Source: a cyanobacterium endosymbiont of Epithemia turgida isolate EtSB Lake Yunoko (GTDB taxonomy: Bacteria > Cyanobacteriota > Cyanobacteriia > Cyanobacteriales > Microcystaceae). Taken from it: a DNA stretch of 32,000 bases. Both the position numbers and the translations under genes were made by a program. Where the stretch lies: NCBI RefSeq assembly GCF_000829235.1, contig NZ_AP012549.1:1920001-1952000 (forward strand). The letters are read 5' to 3'. How positions within the stretch are numbered: position 1 is the first letter of the stretch; each line of letters starts with the position of its first letter. The notes under the pieces were generated by a model that saw only the letters and a program-made list of their open reading frames with translations, had not been told where the DNA came from and made no database searches. Shown piece by piece: positions 1-9,344 of the stretch.

Positions 1-92
1 TTTGATACAACTGTTGAATATAAGTCCCAAAAGCTGAAGATATAATCAGAGCTTATAATAAAGAAATGACGCAGCATTTAGGAGTAGCGATC

Positions 93-1397
93 ATGGTCAG
101 AATTATTAAACTTGCTCAATTAACCTCCGAAGAACTTGCTCTCTTGCACCGACGAGCAGAAGTTGATGTCGATCAGATGCTGCCTATTGCTAAGCAGGTA
201 ATTGATGCGATCATCGAAACTGGGGATGTCGGAGTGATTAAATATGCCCGTAAGTTCGACTATTCAGAGGCATCGGTAGACAACATTAGGGTGACAGAAC
301 TAGAATTTGCTCAAGCACGGGAATTAGTTGAAGCAGACGTTAAAACTGCTATCGAACAGTCGTTTCGCAACATTAAAGCTGTTCATCAAAGGCAAATGCC
401 AGAACCAATACATCTAGCTGAAATTGATACCGGGATTTTTGCAGGAGAAAAAATTACCCCCATTCCTAGGGTAGGATTATATGTTCCTAGAGGTCGTGGG
501 GCGTTTCCTTCAATTATGTTGATGTTGACTATTCCGGCCATGGTAGCAGGGGTAAAAAAGATTGTAGTTTGTACTCCTCCCGATAAACAAGGGAACGTGG
601 AACCCATTTCCCTATTGGTAGCCGAAATGGCTGGGGTTAAGGATGTCTACAAACTTGGTGGAATCCAAGCATTGGGGGCGATTGCCTTGGGCACTGAAAC
701 TGTCCCTAAAGTCGATAAACTTATCGGTCCATGCAGCATTTACGGAGCGGCCGCTAAACGAATTTTGGTCGGCAAAGTAGATGTGGGACTTCCTGCAGGA
801 CCAAGTGAAAGTATCATCTTAGCTGATGAAACTACCGATCCTCAATTAGCCGCCGTGGACTTATTAATTGAAGCCGAACATGGTTCGGACTCGGCAGCAT
901 TATTAGTTACCCACAGTGAAACAGTTGCTCACAAAGCCCAGAAATTTGCCTTAGAATACCTCAAAAAACTTCCTCAATGGCGCAGAGAATTTTGTGAAAA
1001 TGGATTAGCTTCTTATGGAGGAATTGTATTAACTTCAAGTTTAGAAGAATCAATTCAGTTTATTAATGATTATGCGCCTGAACATTTAGAAGTATTGGTG
1101 TCAGATCCCCTCAGTTTACTAGGAAAAATTAATAATGCTGGGGAGATTTTATTAGGGAAATATACTCCCTCTTCGGCGGCTACCTATGCCATTGGCGTTA
1201 ATGCTGTATTACCCACAGGAGGCTTTGCTCGGTCTTATTCGGCAGTGTCCGTATTTGATTTTGTCAAACGCTCGACAGTAGCTTATTTAACGTCTGAAGG
1301 CTTTGACAAAATTAAACAAACCGCCCAAACTTTAGCTAGTTACGAAGAGTTTCCCGCCCACAGAATGGCGGTTGAAGAAAGAAAAAACCTCTTATAA
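93..1397 (+). CDS. hisD: Histidinol dehydrogenase
   Basis: ORF 66..1397 reads as full-length HisD (EAEHGSDS and APEHLEVL motifs, C-terminal GVNAVLPTGG region). ATG at 93 has a GGAG Shine-Dalgarno at 81-84 with an 8-nt spacer, so 93 is preferred over ATG 66. Confidence 0.93.
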   Translation: MVRIIKLAQLTSEELALLHRRAEVDVDQMLPIAKQVIDAIIETGDVGVIKYARKFDYSEASVDNIRVTELEFAQARELVEADVKTAIEQSFRNIKAVHQRQMPEPIHLAEIDTGIFAGEKITPIPRVGLYVPRGRGAFPSIMLMLTIPAMVAGVKKIVVCTPPDKQGNVEPISLLVAEMAGVKDVYKLGGIQALGAIALGTETVPKVDKLIGPCSIYGAAAKRILVGKVDVGLPAGPSESIILADETTDPQLAAVDLLIEAEHGSDSAALLVTHSETVAHKAQKFALEYLKKLPQWRREFCENGLASYGGIVLTSSLEESIQFINDYAPEHLEVLVSDPLSLLGKINNAGEILLGKYTPSSAATYAIGVNAVLPTGGFARSYSAVSVFDFVKRSTVAYLTSEGFDKIKQTAQTLASYEEFPAHRMAVEERKNLL

Positions 1398-1564
1398 GTC
1401 TTGCAAGTCTCAGAACGGACAAGAAACTTAAAGTTAACTCGGACCGGACCGTCAATAAAATCATAACGTTACCCGATCTCGTCTTGATAGAGTAACGCTA
1501 TTGATTGTAGTTATGTTTTGATCTTGTCACCAAATACTCTAACTTCTGTCAGTACAAACCACTA

Positions 1565-2119
1565 CTACATACCCCGATCCATTTCTACTTCAGTGTTAGG
1601 TGCCAAGGGAGGTAAGCTAACATCAGGACGATCCCAATCAATGTCGGTCCTTTCAATGAGGGCTACTTCTCTTAAGTCTAGACGAGAAACCCATGCGGGC
1701 ATGGCATAATCATAGAGCAACTCGAATTTCTCCACATCATCACTGAGGATAACCCATTTGTTATCAACTATTTTCATGATTACGTCAGAGCCTGCCACTA
1801 AAGTTGGCCAGCGCTTAGGGAGACGAGTGGTGATACGCCACACCTCATCATCCCCAATTTGAACATAGGGAGGCGATATAGTTTGGACTTGAGCTACATC
1901 ACCGGTCACACCCCGGATACGTCCAATAGCATAGTCTTCAAACTTGAACTTAACCCAGTCTTGTTGATAAACTTCGATGGGATCTTCTAGTTCATGACCG
2001 CGCAATTGGCTAATCAACATTTCGCCCTTAGTGGGTTCTGCTTGTACAGGAGCAATAGATAAAGCTGAAAGGGCAGCTACTGCTAATCCTGCTAGTAAAT
2101 GGGAATGTTTAAAAAACAT
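1565..2119 (-). CDS. Secreted hypothetical protein (Sec signal peptide)
   Basis: Track ORF 1565..2152 starts at a TTG. The internal ATG at 2119 is preceded by a GGAGTGAGG-type SD and gives MFFKHSHLLAGLAVAALSALSIAPVQA/EP, a typical signal peptide. No family recognised. Confidence 0.6.
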   Translation of the reverse strand: MFFKHSHLLAGLAVAALSALSIAPVQAEPTKGEMLISQLRGHELEDPIEVYQQDWVKFKFEDYAIGRIRGVTGDVAQVQTISPPYVQIGDDEVWRITTRLPKRWPTLVAGSDVIMKIVDNKWVILSDDVEKFELLYDYAMPAWVSRLDLREVALIERTDIDWDRPDVSLPPLAPNTEVEMDRGM

Positions 2120-2507
2120 GATAACCTCACTCCAACTAAATTTTATGGGCAAATTATCCGTAGACGCCTATCAGCATAATTCAGTTCCTTAGAATAGACC
2201 TCAAAATTTAAAGATAAATTTATAAGTCTTTGGTATCAATTCTGAGATTAACGGACAGTTTGTCTAATCTTTAAGAATTTAGTCTAGTTATGAGGATTTC
2301 TAAGCATTGAGAGATATAATAGTTGGCTTTTTCAAAGAAAGTTGAAGCGATGTTACGCCACTAAGGTATTTTCCATGAAAAAAGTACACCATTAGGGGAC
2401 ATTTGAGTGATTTTCTTACGAGAGTTCAATAATTTGTTTTTGTCAGTTTTTTTGTGTTGAATTCTATTGTTTCCTCTTCAATGGTTGCTTCTTGACTAAG
2501 TGATAGT

Positions 2508-2541
2508 TTTCTCTCTCCAAGAGATCTCTTGGAGGGAGAAA
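2508..2541. repeat. 34-bp near-perfect palindrome centred on AGATCT (perfect 20-bp core CTCCAAGAGA|TCTCTTGGAG at 2515-2534)
   Basis: 17 pairs checked by hand with one mismatch (T2514/G2535). Lies 73-106 nt downstream of the stop of the 348-aa lipoprotein gene. Confidence 0.9.
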
Positions 2542-2613
2542 CTTCAGAAAACTCTCCCGGGGTTTCAGAAATAGCAACAGAGTAGTCTGAGTTTTTCGTC
2601 GTTTCTTCTAAAG

Positions 2614-3660
2614 TTAATCAATAAATAAATGCTCTTCGTCCGAAGGTGTGGTTTCTTTGTTAGAAGGATCGACATCCTGTGCAAGAGCTTCTTTAACTAG
2701 AGGTGTAGGAGGGATATCAGCCTTATAGTTAGGATCAACAATAGATCGGGCAAGTTCAGCCGATAATTCTCCACGAACTAATTTAGACAGAGTATCTTGA
2801 CCGTTAGGTTTATAGGTAATGAGTCTAACTGTATTGTTGAAAGCATTATTAACTATATTTCCTTGTTCATCAAGAAATTCTAATTGGACCCAGTTAGTTC
2901 CTTCCTTAAACCCTTGAATATAAATAGCTTTCCATCTATCAACTAAAAAACTTTCCCCGTTAATGGTTACTCTAATACGCCAGTCAACCACTTTATCATC
3001 GGCATTTTCTTGTGCTACTAAATGTAACGGGGCATTGGTTAGGTAAAAATCTAACATAATTGGCTGTGCGCCATAAATTCCCCTAGGACGATTGTAGGTG
3101 AGGAGGGGAAGAGAGATATCTGGAGCGTTTTCTCCCGTTTTGGTTAGAACATAAAACGTAGTCTGGTCATAGGCTCCATCGTTTTTGAAGCTTTCATGCC
3201 AAGGACTTGACGCAAACACCCGCAGTGTATGCGTTCCTGGAGTTAAATTCTCCAAAATAATCGGTTCATCGAGACTGTAAATCGCTTGATAAGGTTCATT
3301 GTCGAGAATTAGATGAAGATGGGGTCCAAGTCCTAAGTCAGGGTCTTTAAACAGAGGATAGTCTTTTATATCGAGTTTGACAACGATGTTAGGTTCAGGA
3401 AAAACGCGATCATTTTCGGGGCTAATAATGTCAACTTGAGGCTGATATTGGTCTAGGGTTTTGTATAATTCTTGGATAGCGGGTGGAGGGGCTACTTCTG
3501 CCAGTTTGTTTGTGACTATAGCTTCATAAGGCGGTTCCAATAAAGATTGGGATGTCTCTAGGCGATCTTTACAGCCAATTAATCCCCAACTAAGGAAGAG
3601 TATAAGGAACGATAGACAAAGGGACTTGATGAGTTGTGATTGCATTTTCAACCAAAACAC
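2614..3660 (-). CDS. Putative lipoprotein, conserved hypothetical
   Basis: 348-aa ORF. GTG start at 3660 is preceded by AAGGAGG (3669-3675, minus strand) with an 8-nt spacer. The N-terminal hydrophobic segment ends in the lipobox-like LIGC. No family recognised. Confidence 0.7.
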   Translation of the reverse strand: MFWLKMQSQLIKSLCLSFLILFLSWGLIGCKDRLETSQSLLEPPYEAIVTNKLAEVAPPPAIQELYKTLDQYQPQVDIISPENDRVFPEPNIVVKLDIKDYPLFKDPDLGLGPHLHLILDNEPYQAIYSLDEPIILENLTPGTHTLRVFASSPWHESFKNDGAYDQTTFYVLTKTGENAPDISLPLLTYNRPRGIYGAQPIMLDFYLTNAPLHLVAQENADDKVVDWRIRVTINGESFLVDRWKAIYIQGFKEGTNWVQLEFLDEQGNIVNNAFNNTVRLITYKPNGQDTLSKLVRGELSAELARSIVDPNYKADIPPTPLVKEALAQDVDPSNKETTPSDEEHLFID

Positions 3661-5128
3661 AAGGTTTTCCTCCTTAAACTGCAGCAGTTTATCTGTTAGA
3701 ACTTGAAATTGTGTTTTTCTTGTATAACTTTAAGATACACACAATATTACATTAATAATTGAATGATAACTCGGTTTTCATATTAACCCTAAAGTTTGAT
3801 CTCAGTACAAGTTGTTGCTGGTCCTGTGGATGTTGTAATTTTTGCTTAGAATAGGTAATTTAGCTATGGCACTCTATAAACGATATAACTAATAAAACTA
3901 GTTAATTTCATATTTTTTGCTCATGCAGTGGATGAAGATTTTAGATATTTCCGTTATTTTAAGGTTCGAATATTAATAATTACAGTAGATAATAATACAT
4001 CTATAAAAATAGACTTAATACTATTTACAATCTCTACTTAAAACATAAATTTTAGTTAAAACTGAACAAAAATAAGTATACTCTAACTACTTTGTATAAC
4101 TATTTTAGTAATCAAAATAAAAAAATAACTCTCTGTTTAAGAGATACAGACTTTCCTACTTATTTACAGGTCACCTAATTATTTCAAGGCCTTAAGAAGT
4201 CAAAAAAGAACAACAGAGTTGAATCACATCTTATTTAGTTGATTTTTATTCATACTTGAGTACCCTTCTCTTTTAAAACAGAAAGAACATATTAATGTAT
4301 AATTAATAGATGCTCAGTTAAAAACTATAAGTCTTGATAGAAGTTTATTGTTAGATGCTTTCGTTCAATTTTTAAGGTTATCTTCCAACGATTTGATAGT
4401 TAAAACAACTTAGGCAAAGCCGCAAAAAAAGTCTATTTTAAAAAAAAAATAAAAGATATCAACTAAAGTGACATAAATTAAACTTTAATTACTTAAATGA
4501 CGTAATATAAAATTTTACTAAAAGTTGATTTAAAGCTCTCTATCTATATGCTGACTCGTTATCAATAACAACTAATTCATATAAATAAATCTGCTATGAA
4601 GGCTTCTTTTTATATAAGATATAGATCGATTATCGTCTTTACTTTTATTCGTTTCGATCCTCATACCTTTTTTAAAAAAAAATTAGATAATTGTTGGCTG
4701 TCATGAATCATTTAATTATTTTCCGAAAGCTATTCAAAATACCTTATATCTTCTTCCTCTCAAGGTTTTTTATTTAAACTTTTCAAATAATTCTACCATT
4801 CTTTTGTTCTTTACTTAAATCATCCATCTATAAATTTCTTTTTTAACTGTATTTTTTAAAATATTTACCCAATCTGTAATTTATTTAATTTTCTATCCTC
4901 CCGCATTTAAACATAATATTGATGCTCCTGGTATGAAGGGCATTCTTGAATCGCTCTTTTCTAACTACTTTTCTATTTTTTACTTATTTAATCTCACCTA
5001 ATTAAGAGACAACTTATTCGTATTTTAACTTAGATATTGAGGATAATAGCAGCATTCTTAGATTTCAATTCCCCCCAAAATAGTAACCATCATGAGGGGA
5101 TAGAATAATGACAAACGTAAACAATTAA
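3661..5128. other. AT-rich ORF-free desert A (1468 nt)
   Basis: No ORF of 60 aa or more in any frame. Hand count of 4021-4080 gives 11 G+C of 60, versus 28 of 60 in CDS 10801-10860. Confidence 0.9.
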
Positions 5129-5728
5129 TTAAACCGTACGTTCATCAATAACCTTATCAATTAGACCATATCCCTTAGCTTCTTCTGCTGACATATAATA
5201 ATCTCGGTCTGTGTCTTTCTCTATTTTCTCAAGAGTTTGTTGAGTTTCACTTGCTAAAATTTGATTGAGTTGACGACGAATTCGCAAGATTTCATTGGCT
5301 TCAATTTCAATATCTGTAGCTTGTCGTCTTCCTGTTCCCCCCATGGGTTGGTGTATCATAATGCGAGCATGGGGAAGGGCTAAACGTTTTCCTGAAGTTC
5401 CGGAAGCTAATAAAAACGCTCCCATCGAAGCGGCTAATCCAACACAAATGGTAATCACATCAGATTTAATGTATTTCATTGTGTCGTAAATAGCCATACC
5501 TGCGGTGACGGACCCACCGGGAGAGTTGATATACAAATAAATTGGTTTACCAGAATCTTCTGAATCGAGGTATAACAAAAAGGCGACGATGCGATTCGCT
5601 AAGCTGTCGGTCACTTCCTGACCGAGAAAAACAATTCTTTCCTGACTTAAACGGGTATAAATGTCAATCCACCGTTCGTATTGACTACCAGGAAGACGAT
5701 ACGGAACACTAGGAACACCAAGAGGCAT
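5129..5728 (-). CDS. clpP: ATP-dependent Clp protease proteolytic subunit (ClpP3-type, catalytic)
   Basis: 199 aa with the ClpP triad contexts present: GLAASMGAF (Ser), IMIHQP (His), DTDRDYYM (Asp). Lies 38 nt downstream of clpR on the same strand. Confidence 0.93.
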   Translation of the reverse strand: MPLGVPSVPYRLPGSQYERWIDIYTRLSQERIVFLGQEVTDSLANRIVAFLLYLDSEDSGKPIYLYINSPGGSVTAGMAIYDTMKYIKSDVITICVGLAASMGAFLLASGTSGKRLALPHARIMIHQPMGGTGRRQATDIEIEANEILRIRRQLNQILASETQQTLEKIEKDTDRDYYMSAEEAKGYGLIDKVIDERTV

Positions 5729-5766
5729 AAGCGATTAATTAAAAGGTAAAGGTGAACAACAATTGA

Positions 5767-6444
5767 CTAAACAGTAGCTAAAGGTTTAGGCAATTCTTTA
5801 GAACTTTCTAAGACTCGGTCAATTAAGCCATATTCTTTCGCGGACTGAGGGGTTAAATAGAAAGTACGATCAGTATCTTTGGAGATTTTCTCTACAGGTT
5901 GCCCCGTATTTTTAGAAAAAATCTCTAACATGGTTTGTTTATTAGACAACACTTCTTTCGCCCGAATTTGAATATCGGTAGCCTGACCCTTAGCTCCTGA
6001 GCGGTTTTGATTGAGAACAATGGTAGAGTGGGGGAGACTTGCTCGACAACCTTTAGTTCCTGCTGAGAGGATCATCGCTGCCGTTCCCATGGCTTGGCCA
6101 ATACAAATGGTGTGGATGGGAGGTTTAACATAATTCATGGTATCGCAAATGGCAAAGGCTTCTGTCTCAAAACCAATAGCATCTCCTGTATACCAAGAAG
6201 TACCCGTAGAGTTGATGTAAAAGTAAATAGGCTTATCTGGATCATCAAACTGTAAATACAACAGTTCAGCAATAATCAATTGAGTGACATCAATTCCGAC
6301 TTGTTGTTTTACGTCATCAGAAGAAAATAGAGGCATTCCCAGATAAATAATACGTTCTCTTAGTATTAAGGATTCTAAATCTGGGGGAGGTGTTCGGAAG
6401 TTAATGTCTCCGTAGTAATCAGATTGAACGGCTTTGATCTCCAT
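5767..6444 (-). CDS. clpR: ClpR, non-catalytic ClpP paralogue
   Basis: 225-aa ClpP homologue. Aligned by eye to the downstream ClpP, the catalytic Ser is Gly (CIGQAMGTAAMIL vs [13 protein letters not shown]) and the His is Asn (IVLNQN vs IMIHQP). Confidence 0.85.
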   Translation of the reverse strand: MEIKAVQSDYYGDINFRTPPPDLESLILRERIIYLGMPLFSSDDVKQQVGIDVTQLIIAELLYLQFDDPDKPIYFYINSTGTSWYTGDAIGFETEAFAICDTMNYVKPPIHTICIGQAMGTAAMILSAGTKGCRASLPHSTIVLNQNRSGAKGQATDIQIRAKEVLSNKQTMLEIFSKNTGQPVEKISKDTDRTFYLTPQSAKEYGLIDRVLESSKELPKPLATV

Positions 6445-7237
6445 TGGTTAATTGTTAGTTTTGTATTTTAATAGTCCTATTGCTTGGGATACATAACACC
6501 ACGCATGAAGATGAGGGAGTAGCTAAAAGTAATAAACTTATATGGAATATCTAAGCCTTTTGCCCTTTGCCTGACCCGTAGTGGTATTATGGCTTCCGCT
6601 TTTGATTCTAACTTACTTCAGGGATAGACCGTCGTTGAACTCACTTTATTTTAAAAATATTAGCTTGAAATATAATAAATTATATAAAATATAGACAATA
6701 ATTTTTATCACTTCTATGAGTTTTTATAGATTAATTTTGTATGTAATTTAGACTCACAATAGAATATTAATTTTTGTATCAAATCCTAATTTAGAAAACA
6801 ATTACTGCTCAAAAATTATAAGCTAATTTTTAAAAAATCAGAAAACCCTGTTGATACTGATAAGTAAAGTAAGTTTTAAGTAAGTAAAAGTTTTTTTGAA
6901 AAATCTATCAATAGATGTCATACACACCAGCTTAATTAACAATTTTCTCTAGAACGACAACAATAGCAACAATGTTATTCCTCAATATAAAAAGAATATA
7001 AAATTACAAAAATTGCAGGTTGAAAGCAATATAAAATTAATTATGATTTCTTAGATGTAGAGTACAAAATTGTTTTTTGACAAGTTTGTTTATAACTATT
7101 GAATAAAAAAATACACATTTATCTTAAATGGTAGCTGGTTTCAATGGGTAAGTCTATACTAACGGTAGTAATTTAATCAATCAATTATGGTTTTATCAGA
7201 GTTGCTAAATCAATTTTTTTATTGATAGTTGTATTAA

Positions 7238-7265
7238 ATACAATAGTATTTAAATACTATTGTAT
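7238..7265. repeat. 28-bp perfect palindrome ATACAATAGTATTT|AAATACTATTGTAT
   Basis: All 14 base pairs checked by hand. Flanked 5' by a smaller hairpin ATCAAT-T6-ATTGAT (7209-7226). Confidence 0.95.
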
Positions 7266-7954
7266 ACGCAGATATTATTTACTTTAAACAGCAGATTTAC
7301 AGTAACTTATGAATACAAAATTAAAGGAATAAAATACGAATTCTTCTCCTATTATATATTTCATCAGTTCTCTATCTTTTGTTGCTTTATTAGCTGATCA
7401 ATTATCTATAACCATACAAGCCTCTAGCTAGCCACAGTTATAGGATTAGTATTTTTGTTGCATAAGTAAAAATATCTTCTTTATTTGTGTATCGTTTAAA
7501 AGTAAGAGCGAACAAAAACTTGATGTAGAGAGCAATATTATTGACATAATCTTTTGTCCTCAATTATCAAGATATTTTTTTTCTATAAGCTCGGTTTTCT
7601 TTGGTTGCTCCGGCATAGTGATAAGTTATGGTTATATAGACTCTGGTTTTGTCAGTAAAAACTTAAATATGAAAGTTATAATTGTCTAAATATTATTCTA
7701 TATTTATATCTCAAAATTCTATCCCTATATATGTAAGTTTTCAGGATATAAATAATTGTAAAATACATTATATGTGTCGACTATTTTTTTAAAAAAAATC
7801 TGCTATATTATGATTACAGAAGTTATGCCTGGGACATAACCATACGAAATAAAAATAGGGACTAAGTGCAATACTGCTGGAAAACACATTAGACACAAAT
7901 TTGATAAAATAACAGTAGAAGCTTGCTATGCTTATTCTAGCATTTGAAGAAAAG

Positions 7955-7989
7955 CCAAATAATTTGATAAATTTTATCAAATTATTTGG
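7955..7989. repeat. 35-bp perfect palindrome CCAAATAATTTGATAAA-T-TTTATCAAATTATTTGG
   Basis: 17-bp arms around a single central T. All 17 pairs checked by hand. Confidence 0.95.
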
Positions 7990-8210
7990 TTACTCTGGAC
8001 TTGGTGTTATGGAAATTTAGCTTTGCAGGTTAACCATTATCTTGTCTTATATCACTAACTATGAAACTATGATCGAAGATCTGCGGCAGTCTTTTGAGAA
8101 GTAGCTAAGTCAGAAGTTAAAATGTCTTTTTTATTTCCTTGTTTTTTTCTCTTCCAATTACTAATCTTGGGTTTAAAATTAACTGAGTTAGTGTAATTTC
8201 TATTAGTCAC

Positions 8211-9344
8211 ATGAAAAAACAACCCATTAAACCCTTTTATTTTGATATTACAGAAGATGAAATTGAGTTTTTTGCCGAACAATCTAAAACAATTCTGAAA
8301 TCCGGTAGACTAGTCTTAGGGAAAAATACCTTAGAATTTGAAAAAGCCTTTGCTAGATATGTGGGGACAAAATACGCGATTGCTGTTAATAGTGGTTCTT
8401 CAGGATTAGAAATTCTCCTGCGTATCAAAAAAGCTGAAAACACTACGTTATTAGTTCCGACCAATACTAATTTCGCCACTGTCGCTGCTGTCCTTCGTAT
8501 AGGGGGACAGGTTCAATACCTCGATATGGACGAAACAACCTTTGCCCCATCTTTACAGATGGTACAAGAGGCTATAAAAAAAGGGGCAACTCCTAAGATT
8601 TCTGGGATACTTTGGGTGCATATTGGTGGAGTTATTTCTCCAGAATTTCCTCGTATTGTTGAATATTGTCGTCAAAAAGGACTATTTATCCTTGAGGATA
8701 CAGCCCACGCTCATGGAAGTCAAATTAATGGGGTGAAGGCAGGAAATTTAGGAGATGGCGCGGCGTTTTCGTTTTTTCCTACAAAAGTAATGACAACTTT
8801 TGAAGGGGGAATGATCACTCTCAATGATGAGAAAGAAGATTATATTGCGCGATCGTTACGAAACCAAGGGAAACGGGGAATGGACTTTGGAGGATTACAT
8901 ACAGATTTTGGCAATAGTACCCGTATGACAGAAATTCACGCGGTTTTAGGTCGAATTCACCTGGCTAAATTACCCCAAATGTTAGCTAAACGGCAAAAAT
9001 GTTATCAGTTAATTACTGCCTTTTTACGAGAAGTAGGACTAAAATTTGTGTCTACAGATCACATGGATAATGCCAGTCAATATAAATTAATTGTTCATGT
9101 TCCTAGTGGAAAAACAGCTCAGGAAATTAAGACCGCATTAGCCGAAGAAAATATCTTTTTAGGAGGAACAGTTTACGAAATTCCCTGTCATTTACAACCA
9201 ATTTTTAAAGGAGTTTGTGACGGTCAAAGTTTCCCTTGTGCTGAATATTGGTGTCCTAAGCATATTTGTCCCCCGTTAACGTCAGGAATGACAGAACAAG
9301 AAGCTCAAGTTGTAGGAGAAGCATTAGTTAAACAGTTAATTTAG
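8211..9344 (+). CDS. DegT/DnrJ/EryC1/StrS-family PLP-dependent sugar aminotransferase
   Basis: 377 aa. Family pattern AVNSGSSGLEILL, EDTAHAHG and FSFFPTKVMTTFEGGMI (Lys at the PLP-lysine position). ATG at 8211. Confidence 0.85.
   Translation: MKKQPIKPFYFDITEDEIEFFAEQSKTILKSGRLVLGKNTLEFEKAFARYVGTKYAIAVNSGSSGLEILLRIKKAENTTLLVPTNTNFATVAAVLRIGGQVQYLDMDETTFAPSLQMVQEAIKKGATPKISGILWVHIGGVISPEFPRIVEYCRQKGLFILEDTAHAHGSQINGVKAGNLGDGAAFSFFPTKVMTTFEGGMITLNDEKEDYIARSLRNQGKRGMDFGGLHTDFGNSTRMTEIHAVLGRIHLAKLPQMLAKRQKCYQLITAFLREVGLKFVSTDHMDNASQYKLIVHVPSGKTAQEIKTALAEENIFLGGTVYEIPCHLQPIFKGVCDGQSFPCAEYWCPKHICPPLTSGMTEQEAQVVGEALVKQLI

Larger units (their letters stand above)
6445..8210. other. AT-rich ORF-free desert B (1766 nt)
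   Basis: Only two low-complexity track ORFs (7789..7980, 8067..8282), both judged spurious. Contains two long perfect palindromes and a T7A8 block. Confidence 0.9.

Noticed and set aside
2440-2611. An open minus-strand frame of about 57 codons, E/S/T-rich, immediately after the lipoprotein gene stop, as a frameshifted C-terminal extension.
   Set aside because: It is in a different frame from the CDS, has no start codon and is low-complexity. The CDS stop is followed by a second in-frame stop (TAA CTT TAG). No family signal supports an extension.
3955-3985. tRNA suggested by the GGTTCGAAT T-loop-like word at about 3963.
   Set aside because: The flanking bases cannot form the 5-bp T-stem (TAAGG vs ATTAA) and no acceptor or anticodon arms can be drawn.
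7789-8282. Track ORFs 7789..7980 (63 aa) and 8067..8282 (71 aa) in desert B as real genes.
   Set aside because: They are F/I/K/N-rich translations of AT-rich DNA. The first runs into the 35-bp palindrome and the second overlaps the degT-like start. No SD and no recognisable family.
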